A program made the translations under genes and the position numbers. A stretch of DNA of 64,000 bases from an uncultured Gammaproteobacteria bacterium (GTDB lineage Bacteria; Patescibacteriota; Microgenomatia; Levybacterales; GWA1-39-11): NCBI GenBank assembly GCA_964448725.1, contig CAYVAJ010000004.1:17535-81534 (forward strand). The letters are read 5' to 3'. Positions 37,567 through 46,245 of the stretch are shown here, piece after piece. Positions within the stretch are counted from its first letter, which is position 1, and each line of letters opens with the position of its first letter. The notes under the pieces are model-generated. The model was not told where the DNA came from and did not search any database. It was given only the letters and a program-made list of their open reading frames with translations.

Positions 37567-38154
37567 TTAGCTAATACGTGCTCTGTGAATCATTGTTACT
37601 GTGATGACACCACGTTCACTCGTTAGCTCATCGAGCAACTCAAGATTTAGTCGATGTTGTTTGCACACACCGACTTTAACTTGACCATTGTCGGGTTCTA
37701 ACATGGGATAGGTATAGGCTGCACCGTATCCGAACATTTCTACAATCCGCTCACCGGCTTCTTTGCACTGAACATGTGCTGAGAGATTGATGCGAAGTTC
37801 AGTTGAACCTCCGCAGACAAAACACCCGGGTGTTGTATCGATACCAATGCCTCGTGAATGGAAATATTCTCCTCCTTGTTCAGGACGTATGTCAGGACGT
37901 CCATGACACGGTATGCCTCTCCGAGGATGGATTGATAACTTAGGATAGTATCCTCCCCGAAATCCAATAGCAGACTGCGTTGTCCCATCTGTGAGTATTG
38001 CGTAGTCACCGTCACATTCACCGCAAATTCGCAGTTCTGTTCCCAGACTTGCAACTGGAGAGAATGAAGACCTAAAACCGCAATAAGGACAACCGAATTG
38101 TTCAGCCTCCTTAATGCTGATAGCAACAGGGATATAGCGTACCGTATTATTCAC
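37567..38154 (-). CDS. Cys-rich hypothetical protein (zinc-ribbon-like CPYCG...CGEC, PGCFVCGG)
   Basis: 195-aa ORF in a visibly more G+C-rich segment. Multiple CxxC pairs. Confidence 0.4.
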   Translation of the reverse strand: MNNTVRYIPVAISIKEAEQFGCPYCGFRSSFSPVASLGTELRICGECDGDYAILTDGTTQSAIGFRGGYYPKLSIHPRRGIPCHGRPDIRPEQGGEYFHSRGIGIDTTPGCFVCGGSTELRINLSAHVQCKEAGERIVEMFGYGAAYTYPMLEPDNGQVKVGVCKQHRLNLELLDELTSERGVITVTMIHRARIS

Positions 38155-38337
38155 GGGATTCTCCTCATGGTTAGGAACCTATGCCACCAGTTGATGGCGC
38201 ATTATGTACCATAACAATACACAAAGCGCCATCAACTAAATGATTAAATTTCATGATCTGTAAATGTACAATAACAATCGAGTATGAGTGTACTAAGTAG
38301 AATTTGAGTGAATTATACCAAAACGGGTGCCAAGGCA

Positions 38338-38973
38338 TTATCGCATATTTTCTACTGTCCGAAGAAGTATAACTGCAGCTTTTCTTACAACCCCTCGCGG
38401 GCTCTTTTCATACATACGTGCTAGTATATATATCTCATCAGCTAAATTGGAATCAATTTCAACAATATTTTGTAAACCTTTTAAAATACGTGCTGCTTGC
38501 TTTTCTCCCCATACCTCTAGAATTCGTTTGAGTAATGGTAATGTTTCGTGCGCTGCGTTGATGCTAGATTTTGCATAGTTGCATATCACAACTACTGAAT
38601 TATCACGGACAATTGTACTGGTATCAGATAATGCCATGCGCTGAAATTGAGAGAGAAGGGGTTTTACTTGATCAGGAATCATATGCGCGATAAGTCCAAT
38701 CGCATGTGTTACTTCCCAACGTACACGAGTATTTTTGTGCATAAGTAATGATAATAATTGGTTGGTGTAAGGAACAATTAATGCAGGATTTGATTCTGCA
38801 ACTTTTGTAAATATTTCAGCACAATCACCTATAATGGCAACATCAGAGGAGGAGAGGTGTTTTGCGATATCTTGAAGGGATGCAGGGTGGGCAAGACAAT
38901 ATTCGGCAACTTTTCTATTAGATTCTTCTGTCTTATCACCTATTTCGGATGATAATTGACTAATAATATCCAT
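38338..38973 (-). CDS. HEAT/ARM-like repeat protein (possibly DNA alkylation repair enzyme-like)
   Basis: 211-aa all-helical pattern with repeating ~35-aa hydrophobic periodicity. Weak resemblance to AlkD-like HEAT proteins. Confidence 0.3.
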   Translation of the reverse strand: MDIISQLSSEIGDKTEESNRKVAEYCLAHPASLQDIAKHLSSSDVAIIGDCAEIFTKVAESNPALIVPYTNQLLSLLMHKNTRVRWEVTHAIGLIAHMIPDQVKPLLSQFQRMALSDTSTIVRDNSVVVICNYAKSSINAAHETLPLLKRILEVWGEKQAARILKGLQNIVEIDSNLADEIYILARMYEKSPRGVVRKAAVILLRTVENMR

Positions 38974-38974
38974 G

Positions 38975-39394
38975 TTACTTTTCTCTTTGTTTCATATATT
39001 GAAATGAAGACTTGATTAATTTCTTGAGGACAGCAGGATCGACATCAGAAAGACGTTTTATATAAACACAGCCTACGCTTGTTTTATGTTTGCCAAGATT
39101 TTTAAATAAATCATGGTTGTTTTCATTTCCTGCCATGATATATAGTGTTAAATTCTGCTTTCGTGGAGAAAATCCAATAAGCGGCCAGTCACCTTCCTGA
39201 GCGCTTCGTTCTGATTTATAATGATATTTTCCAAATCCAACAATACTTGTTCCCCACATTACTGCCTTTTCTCCTGTAATTTCTTGAAACATTTCCAGAA
39301 GCGTGAAGCTATCGCGTTGTTTTTCTTCTGGTTCTACTTTTTCTAGAAACTCAGTAACACTTTCAGTTGTCGCCTTTGTCTTTAACTCTGCCAT
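38975..39394 (-). CDS. DUF1801 (YdhG-like) domain protein
   Basis: 139 aa. VTEFLEKVEPEEKQRDSFTLLEMFQEITGEKAVMWGTSIVGFGKYHYK follows the DUF1801 pattern. Confidence 0.45.
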   Translation of the reverse strand: MAELKTKATTESVTEFLEKVEPEEKQRDSFTLLEMFQEITGEKAVMWGTSIVGFGKYHYKSERSAQEGDWPLIGFSPRKQNLTLYIMAGNENNHDLFKNLGKHKTSVGCVYIKRLSDVDPAVLKKLIKSSFQYMKQREK

Positions 39395-39462
39395 ATCGTA
39401 ATGTTAATTATATAAAAAAAGAGAACAGAAAATATAAGATGTTTCTATGATTTGTATATATA

Positions 39463-40158
39463 TTATTTTCTTGCAATTACAAAACCAGAGACAGCTCTAA
39501 GCGGAAGATCTCGCTTTATTATTGTACCAATATAATCAGGTGGAATAGTAAAAGACTCACTGAAGCCAACATGAGTAGCATCAGTTGCTAATGCTTTTGT
39601 GGTCGTATGTTGTTTCATGCCATTATTAATTTTCCAAGGTATACGTTCAGGCGGAAAAATAGGCCATAATAAAATTCCGTTAGGACGTAGTACTCTAAGT
39701 GATTCAGATAGAAAATGATCAGAGTCAGTAATAAATCTATTTGCCCATACACTTGTAATCCCATCAAAACTATTATCATGAAATGGAAAGTCTTCATTCA
39801 TATCAGATAGCACAATATCTATCTCTTTTCCTTTTTCAGGAATAAGATTGAGTGATGGAAGACTTAAATCAGTGGATGTTACAGAATATCCAGAATCTAA
39901 AAGAGCTTTAGAAATAAGTCCAGTTCCAGCACCTATATCTAGAATGTTGGGTTTATTCCCATTTTCATCTACACTTGGACCATATTTTTTCATAAGATCA
40001 GCTACTTTTTGACCAAGTTTCTCTCTTCCATACTTTAAAACGTATGATTCGTACTCATGTGGATCAACATCATGCGCATAATTTCGGCTTAATGCCACAT
40101 TCTTTGCAACACGATATGTATCTCGTATAGCAGTAAATGATTTGATTCTTTCAGACAT
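39463..40158 (-). CDS. Class I SAM-dependent methyltransferase
   Basis: 231 aa. Motif I ILDIGAGTGLISKALL. Motif post-I ...VTSTDLS. Confidence 0.65.
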   Translation of the reverse strand: MSERIKSFTAIRDTYRVAKNVALSRNYAHDVDPHEYESYVLKYGREKLGQKVADLMKKYGPSVDENGNKPNILDIGAGTGLISKALLDSGYSVTSTDLSLPSLNLIPEKGKEIDIVLSDMNEDFPFHDNSFDGITSVWANRFITDSDHFLSESLRVLRPNGILLWPIFPPERIPWKINNGMKQHTTTKALATDATHVGFSESFTIPPDYIGTIIKRDLPLRAVSGFVIARK

Positions 40159-40265
40159 GGCTGGAATTATACCATTTTAAGTGAAATGTGGTTATACTGG
40201 GAAAAGTAAAAAGAGTGCGCTTTCGATCAATCAGGCAGTTTTCCAACTGGCGCACCCAACCTTAA

Positions 40266-40595
40266 TTATCGGAGATACAAGTTAACCTTCTGGAGTACCT
40301 TCATCCCAAGTTCTCTTTTCTCCTCAGGTAGAACTGAGAATAGTCCTGCTGCCATTCTCAGGAATGACTGAGGATCCTCGAGTCCTTTGTGATGTTGATC
40401 ACTGAGGATTGCAACCGATACTAGACAAAGAAGAATTTCCTCAAGTTCCTCTCTATCTTCATTCCTCAAATCAAAAGAAGAATGATGTGCTGCATTCGTG
40501 ACGAATTCTACAGGATTTATCTCGTCCACGTTTATCCTCCTAACAGTACTATCCAATAGTTTTGAGAGTATATTGAAAGAGAGTGAAAGTGTCAA
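40266..40595 (-). CDS. Hypothetical protein (GC-richer segment)
   Basis: 109-aa ORF. No recognisable motifs. Confidence 0.3.
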   Translation of the reverse strand: MTLSLSFNILSKLLDSTVRRINVDEINPVEFVTNAAHHSSFDLRNEDREELEEILLCLVSVAILSDQHHKGLEDPQSFLRMAAGLFSVLPEEKRELGMKVLQKVNLYLR

Positions 40596-40657
40596 GCTAT
40601 AAATCTATTTTTTAATTCACAATCTTTCTATCAGAGAACAGAGTAGTCTAAATAAAA

Positions 40658-40681
40658 TGGCGCTGAGGGATTCCCCAGCGC
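40658..40681 (-). terminator. Hairpin terminator downstream of 40693..41079
   Basis: GGCGCTG-AGGGATTCCC-CAGCGCC stem-loop immediately after the stop. ATTTTATTT follows on the minus strand. Confidence 0.45.
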
Positions 40682-40692
40682 CCTGACGTTCT

Positions 40693-41079
40693 CTACTGCG
40701 AGCTACGAATATATCCGTACAAACGGTACGGATATCCGTTGCCGACATTAAGGCCTGACTGAATGTGGACTAAATTTAGTCCACTATCTTCGTAATACAC
40801 CTGCAGATATGCTTCCAATTCAGCAGCACTGTTAGGGGCGAATCCCTTTGTTTTAGCAGCTGACATTGAGCGTTTATTCTTATCATAGTCCCATTGAGCG
40901 AGACGGTCGGAGTAGTCATATTTTGCTTCTACGACCGTTTCCATAAAGTTTTCCCGCTTGAGACTATAACCTGGTGCTATGAAAATTGTCTGTGGCCTAT
41001 TAAAGACAGTCCGCGAGAAGTGTGGGTTAAGCAAGTTAGTATCCAGTGACTTTAACTTGTCAGTTTCCACGTGGATCAC
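40693..41079 (-). CDS. Hypothetical protein
   Basis: 128-aa ORF with a coding-like composition. A terminator hairpin lies downstream. Copy 2 of the structured element lies upstream. Confidence 0.35.
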   Translation of the reverse strand: MIHVETDKLKSLDTNLLNPHFSRTVFNRPQTIFIAPGYSLKRENFMETVVEAKYDYSDRLAQWDYDKNKRSMSAAKTKGFAPNSAAELEAYLQVYYEDSGLNLVHIQSGLNVGNGYPYRLYGYIRSSQ

Positions 41080-41184
41080 ACAATCCTCCTTTTAGCGTAC
41101 GAACGACAATAGAAAGAATTATACTATGATAAAAAAAGAAAGTCCATACTATAAGTTTATTATTTAACAATTAAATTAACTCAC

Positions 41185-41301
41185 GAAAAAAGCACCTTGG
41201 GGTATATGAGAGGATATATCCTAAGTCACTTTTTTCGTCCTGCTCATGCAGGAGTAGTGCCATAGGCAAATTTTTCTCTATTGTTACCTTACGGTGCTTA
41301 T
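41185..41301. repeat. Copy 2 of the two-copy ~120-nt structured element (candidate ncRNA / MITE-like repeat)
   Basis: See copy 1. The same box order is present with compensatory changes in two helices. Confidence 0.5.
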
Positions 41302-41311
41302 GTATTGCAGC

Positions 41312-41863
41312 TTATGTACCTTGGTACCAGTCGATCTCTGAGCCGTTCCAGTGTCCTACAAAGAATAGACCACTAGGAGCGCAATCCCAAAGCATACAGC
41401 CTACCGCGAGATGGTCATCAACCACTGTGAACTTATAGTCCTTAGCCACAACGCTTTGAGCGTCATATAGAGCTACAGGCTCACCAGGGATAATACCACT
41501 TCCGCAGAGACAACAACGGATACTCTCACGTTTCAGCTCTTCCAGGCTGCAATCTGGGCAGAGACGATCAGCTTTTTTCGGATTTGGCAGTAGTGTCCTT
41601 CCGTATATCCGAATTTTGAATGCTCCTGGTCCTCGGTGTCCGCATTTGTATCTTCGCGTCTTTCTTAGACCCAAGAAACCAATCTTGGATGGAATTTCCA
41701 TCCAATCCACAATACTCGGATCCTGATCCATCACGATTGGTTCTCTTTCAGAACCGCCCTTCGCAAAGACAGTCAAGCCATCAAGCGTTGGGTCTTCAGT
41801 GACAAGTACTTGCTCATCACGCCTATTCGCCATGTCACACTCCTTAATATGTATGGAAAACAA
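41312..41863 (-). CDS. Cys-rich hypothetical protein
   Basis: 183-aa ORF with a good RBS (TTAAGGAGTGTGACATG). CxxC pairs: CPDC, CCLCG. Preceded by a TATAAT-like box and the shared 37-nt upstream motif. Confidence 0.4.
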   Translation of the reverse strand: MFSIHIKECDMANRRDEQVLVTEDPTLDGLTVFAKGGSEREPIVMDQDPSIVDWMEIPSKIGFLGLRKTRRYKCGHRGPGAFKIRIYGRTLLPNPKKADRLCPDCSLEELKRESIRCCLCGSGIIPGEPVALYDAQSVVAKDYKFTVVDDHLAVGCMLWDCAPSGLFFVGHWNGSEIDWYQGT

Positions 41864-41921
41864 ACAAACGCTACTAATGGAGGATTATATCAGATTGTAT
41901 TCTATATGAAACAATAAATTA

Positions 41922-41958
41922 CACCTTCCAGGTGGTTTAGGTTCACACCTCTTCTTTA
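41922..41958 (-). promoter_or_regulatory. Shared 37-nt upstream motif containing the palindrome CACCTGGAAGGTG (copy 1, upstream of 41312..41863)
   Basis: CACCTTCCAGGTGGTTTAGGTTCACACCTCTTCTTTA is identical to 45646-45682. It lies just upstream of a -35/-10-like region of the downstream minus-strand gene. Confidence 0.45.
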
Positions 41959-42046
41959 ATGATATTAGTAACTATTGATAAATATATTTTAATCTGTAAG
42001 TTTCCTGAGAATTAAAATCAGTAGTGGTTAATCAATTACACACACA

Positions 42047-42628
42047 TTATTGTATTCTCATTTCACTATCATATGGTTTAAAAAAACTGCTTATTTCTGA
42101 ATACTCGGTCATATCTGAATTTAAATATTCTTTTTCTTCATCTCTATCTAGTATTGCTATGCCTCTATTATGAATAGCTTTCATGTAATTACCTGCAGGA
42201 GTGGTAATCATGGTATAGGTAGGAATTTCATCACCATTTTCACCTTTAAAGTATTTATATAAACCTGCAACACTGAAAATTTTACGGTCAGGGAGGGTTA
42301 TTTCAACTCGCTTTTTCTTCCCATCATCCTCTGTTTTATATTCAAAAAATGAGGTAAGCGGGATCAAACATCTTTGTGCAAGTACTTCTCTGAATGATGC
42401 TTTTTCATCGAGGGTTTCTGATTTGGCATTAAATAATTTATGTTTGTTTTTGCCTTGAACCCAAGGTGCAATAAATCCCCATTTCATCAGTTCAATCCCA
42501 TTTTCAGTGACTACCGGTGCTTCATATCCTGGATATACATCATACGATTCTTTTAGGTCGAAATTAGCCCTCATATCATAGTATTGTTCAATGTCTTTTC
42601 CTTTAGAGAAGTTATAGTGTGCACACAT
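42047..42628 (-). CDS. SOS response-associated peptidase (SRAP/YedK/HMCES family, abasic-site processing protein)
   Basis: 193 aa starting MC (catalytic Cys2). The conserved hydrophobic-aromatic core (LIPLTSFFEYK) is present. It lies divergent to a Y-family polymerase gene. Confidence 0.6.
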   Translation of the reverse strand: MCAHYNFSKGKDIEQYYDMRANFDLKESYDVYPGYEAPVVTENGIELMKWGFIAPWVQGKNKHKLFNAKSETLDEKASFREVLAQRCLIPLTSFFEYKTEDDGKKKRVEITLPDRKIFSVAGLYKYFKGENGDEIPTYTMITTPAGNYMKAIHNRGIAILDRDEEKEYLNSDMTEYSEISSFFKPYDSEMRIQ

Positions 42629-42752
42629 ATATAAATTATATCATCAATCTGATAGTAATTTTGATCTAGTATGTTCGACTAATGTTCTATTTACTTTCGT
42701 ATATATTTCATATAGTCTTATTACACTGTCCTGAGATATTTATCGTAGAAGT

Positions 42753-43007
42753 ATGACTATACAGTTAAATGAGAAAGTAAAAGTAATTACTTTGTATGAT
42801 CCGATTAATAATCAGAATAGACCGATATATGTACACTGGCGATACAAGCGTCATACTATCTCTCAAGTAGGATACCACCATAAAGTACGGTATGGTCGAA
42901 CCATGATGCACATATATCATGTGAACACAGAATCAGTTTCATTTCGACTACGATTCGATACAGAAACACTGGATTGGATTTTAGAATCAGTATATGTATC
43001 AGATTGA
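42753..43007 (+). CDS. Hypothetical small protein overlapping the start of the Y-family polymerase gene (possible accessory factor)
   Basis: 84-aa ORF whose 3' end overlaps the polymerase start by 14 nt. No recognisable motif. Confidence 0.3.
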   Translation: MTIQLNEKVKVITLYDPINNQNRPIYVHWRYKRHTISQVGYHHKVRYGRTMMHIYHVNTESVSFRLRFDTETLDWILESVYVSD

Positions 43008-44379
43008 ATATAATAAAGATCTTCCCACGATCATGCATATTGACATGAATAGTTGTTTTGCGACTGCAGAACAGCAAGCAAATCCTTTTCTTCGTGGGAG
43101 ACCAGTCGGTGTTGCAGCATATACAGGTGAGAATGGATGCGTTATATCTCCTTCATATGAGGCAAAGAAATTTGGCGTAAAAGTAGGATTTCGTGTAAAG
43201 GATGCCAAAATGTTATGCCCTGAAATTGAAATAATTCCTCCTGATCCACCGAAGTATCGTGATGTACATCAACGATTCTCCCGTATATTTAAGCAATATG
43301 CTCCAATTGTCATTCCAAAGAGTATAGATGAAGCTGTATTGGATTTTAAAGGTACTGAGGTATTAATTAAAGAAATTCCAGGATTGATTGAAGTTGGCAA
43401 AGAGATTAAATATCGAATCAGAAAAGAGATTGGAGAGTGGGTAACGTGCAATATTGGTATTTCCACAAACATGTTTCTTGCTAAAACAGCTGCATCTCTA
43501 CATAAGCCAGATGGACTTGATGTAATTACACATGAGAACTTACGTGAGGTATTTTCAACATTAAAATTAACAGATTTATGTGGTATAGCTGATCGTAATG
43601 CAATCAGGTTAAAACTCGCAGGAATTAAAACCCCGCTTGAGTTTCTTGATGCAGATTATTGGAAGTTACGAAATGAAGTATTTCAGAGCATAGTGGGTCA
43701 TTATTGGTTTGCAAAATTAAGAGGATGGGAGGCTGATAAGTATGAACATAGGAGGAAAACATTTGGACAGTCATTTGCACTTCATGAGTGGACAGGTGAT
43801 ATAGAAGTACTGAAACCATTAATGATGAAGTTATGCGAGAAAATGGGTAGACGAGTTAGAAAAAACAAATACTACGCACAAGGAATTCATGTGGGCTGTC
43901 TGTACTCCAATGGAAAATATTGGCATATTGGTAGAAAATCATCAATGAAGCTTTATACCACACAAGAATTTTATGAACGAGCTGTCTGGCATCTCTCATC
44001 TGTAAAACACCAGCCAGTTACGCATCTTATGGTTAACTGTTATAACCTTATGGAGTTAGATAACAACTTTCAAGAAGAGTTATATGATAAGAACAGATTA
44101 AAGTGCTGGGAACTAAGTCGTGCACTTGATTTGATAAATGATAGGTATGGTGAATATGTTGCGTACCCAGCACGAATGATGGGATTAGCTGATTCCATCA
44201 TTGATAGAATCCCATTTGGGGGACTAGGAGTTGCAGAACTAGAAGAAATGTACGAAATCGAATCTGGTTATTCCTTGGAGTCAGAAGAACTACCTAGAGA
44301 CTTACATGAAATATATGTCCGAGATGCAATGAATGGAGTACTAGGAAGTATGTATAACAATAATCATTCAAGACTATGA
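42994..44379 (+). CDS. Y-family (translesion) DNA polymerase, DinB/ImpB-like
   Basis: 461 aa. IMHIDMNSCFATAEQQANPFLRGRPVGV (catalytic DxD block), followed by the SIDEA motif. Confidence 0.8.
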   Translation: MYQIEYNKDLPTIMHIDMNSCFATAEQQANPFLRGRPVGVAAYTGENGCVISPSYEAKKFGVKVGFRVKDAKMLCPEIEIIPPDPPKYRDVHQRFSRIFKQYAPIVIPKSIDEAVLDFKGTEVLIKEIPGLIEVGKEIKYRIRKEIGEWVTCNIGISTNMFLAKTAASLHKPDGLDVITHENLREVFSTLKLTDLCGIADRNAIRLKLAGIKTPLEFLDADYWKLRNEVFQSIVGHYWFAKLRGWEADKYEHRRKTFGQSFALHEWTGDIEVLKPLMMKLCEKMGRRVRKNKYYAQGIHVGCLYSNGKYWHIGRKSSMKLYTTQEFYERAVWHLSSVKHQPVTHLMVNCYNLMELDNNFQEELYDKNRLKCWELSRALDLINDRYGEYVAYPARMMGLADSIIDRIPFGGLGVAELEEMYEIESGYSLESEELPRDLHEIYVRDAMNGVLGSMYNNNHSRL

Positions 44380-44460
44380 TCCGTATTGGAACACCTATTC
44401 AAATTTATCTATGAAATTATACCGAGCTCTCAACCGATATAATGTTCAGGTTTCTGCATA

Positions 44461-45609
44461 TTACTGAGAATTAAGTACTTGGACAGGATAATCTGAAGAA
44501 TTACATCCAGCAGCGATTAATCCAGCACCTTCTTGAATAGCGTGACTATTACCAAATCCAATAAATAAGTCATATCCCTCATTAACTCTTGTGACAATTT
44601 GATCAAGTATGTATCTATCTCTATTGTCACTTAACTTTGCAGAAAGATAATTCAACATCCCCTTAGGATTATCAGGATTATTAACAAATGGATTGACTAA
44701 AGGTTGATAATGCTTCTCTAAATCATATTCAGAGACATATAGAGGATTACCTTGTTCATCAACTCCATTTTGAACTAATAGTTGAATTCCTTCTTCACCT
44801 GTAACTTCATTTTTTATGAACTTTGAATTGTCTTTCAAATGAGTATTTAATTGAGGGAGCATTTTATCAATATACTGCTGAATTCTTGATCTACCTTCTG
44901 ATGTGTTGAATGATCCTAGTTTCTTTATTTCTTCAAGTTCACTCTGAGCAAAATCTTTTTCCCAATCTGTATAGACTAGGGATAAATTTAATAATAAATC
45001 AGCAACTTCTTGTTGAGTAAAGTGTTGCTCATGACGTAATTCTTTGTCACGTAAGGCAGAGTGCAAATTTCTGAAGGCAAAGTTTAATGCAATCGTAAGG
45101 TTGGGGATGCCTTGCTCCTTCATAAACGTAACTGTTTCTTCGTAGGGAATATCAGGAGACATTACATCTATTCCAGCTTCTTTTGCATACCAAGTAATTG
45201 CACCCATTTCACCACCTCGTTGAACTGCTTCCTCAAAAGTAGCATATTCGTTAGTAATGATACCTGGTTTGCTACCTTCAATTAAAACTAATCTTTTTTG
45301 AGAATCAGTGGTTGCACCATTAAACTCATCAAAAGCAGTTTTTAACCCAGTAGTTTGAGTATGATTTTGTTCCGAAGTAAGGTTATGGGGATGAATTGTA
45401 CCTGAATAGTGAATTATCCGCTCATTGGGAGATTTATATCTAAAAACCATCGGCAAATCTTTACCCTCCATTGCTTTATAAACTCTATCTATTGCAAGAT
45501 CGCCCATTTTAAGCATACCTTCTTGAGCTTTTTCTGGGGAAAGTTGTTTAGTATCCATTTCTTTGGATAAGTCAATTCCTAATTCTGCTGCAGAAGGATT
45601 ATTATCCAT
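44461..45609 (-). CDS. Hypothetical protein (382 aa)
   Basis: Long ORF with no recognisable motif. Preceded by the shared 37-nt motif at 45646-45682. Confidence 0.4.
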   Translation of the reverse strand: MDNNPSAAELGIDLSKEMDTKQLSPEKAQEGMLKMGDLAIDRVYKAMEGKDLPMVFRYKSPNERIIHYSGTIHPHNLTSEQNHTQTTGLKTAFDEFNGATTDSQKRLVLIEGSKPGIITNEYATFEEAVQRGGEMGAITWYAKEAGIDVMSPDIPYEETVTFMKEQGIPNLTIALNFAFRNLHSALRDKELRHEQHFTQQEVADLLLNLSLVYTDWEKDFAQSELEEIKKLGSFNTSEGRSRIQQYIDKMLPQLNTHLKDNSKFIKNEVTGEEGIQLLVQNGVDEQGNPLYVSEYDLEKHYQPLVNPFVNNPDNPKGMLNYLSAKLSDNRDRYILDQIVTRVNEGYDLFIGFGNSHAIQEGAGLIAAGCNSSDYPVQVLNSQ

Positions 45610-45645
45610 AGTTCTAGTATATCAGAACAAAAGGGTTAATTATTC

Positions 45646-45682
45646 CACCTTCCAGGTGGTTTAGGTTCACACCTCTTCTTTA
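45646..45682 (-). promoter_or_regulatory. Shared 37-nt upstream motif (copy 2, upstream of 44461..45609)
   Basis: Identical 37-mer to 41922-41958. Confidence 0.45.
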
Positions 45683-45722
45683 GATGGTTTTTAGTAACAT
45701 TTGAATGGAGTATGTAGAAGTG

Positions 45723-45795
45723 TGAGCCGACTGGGACTCGAACCCAGAACCAAAAGCTTAAAAGGCTTTTGCTCTACCGATTGAGCTATCGGCCC
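45723..45795 (-). tRNA. tRNA-Lys (anticodon TTT), no encoded CCA
   Basis: Manual cloverleaf on the reverse strand: acceptor GGGCCGA/TCGGCTC, D-arm GCTC-AATCGGTA-GAGC, anticodon arm AAAGC-CTTTTAA-GCTTT (TTT), T-arm CTGGG-TTCGAGT-CCCAG, discriminator A. Confidence 0.8.
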
Positions 45796-45841
45796 GCCCG
45801 CCATGCAAGACGAGCTTGCGAGGCGTTGCGGGCAGGCCCGG

Positions 45842-46105
45842 TTACCTCTTTACAAGTACGTCTACATTTCCGATGCGAGATTTTAAGTATCGACGTCCAA
45901 ATCCTGTTTTGAAATAGTGTTCACGCTGTATAGCGCTTTCAAGGCTTAAACAAGCTTCATAGTACACCAGTTTCAATGGACGTCTATGTTTAGTTGATTC
46001 AACTAAACCATCGGTATGTTTCTTGAATCTTTTCCTTAAGTTATCGGAATGTCCTATGTAAAATCTTGTGTCTTTAAGACTGAACAATACATATGTATAG
46101 AACAT
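45842..46105 (-). CDS. GIY-YIG nuclease family protein (small YhbQ/UPF0213-like)
   Basis: MFYTYVLFSLKDTRFYIGHSDNLRKRFKKH carries the GIY...YIG motifs. The ORF track frame extends 13 codons further upstream, to 46144. Confidence 0.6.
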   Translation of the reverse strand: MFYTYVLFSLKDTRFYIGHSDNLRKRFKKHTDGLVESTKHRRPLKLVYYEACLSLESAIQREHYFKTGFGRRYLKSRIGNVDVLVKR

Positions 46106-46245
46106 ATAAGATTCAATAATCCATATTTTACCAGACTTACGCACAGTAAATCAATTCAAATGTATGAAACAGGTAAAATATCTTGACTTGCTATATATTC
46201 TTGCGTAATCTTAAATTAACAATTGATGAAAGGAGGTGAAAAATT

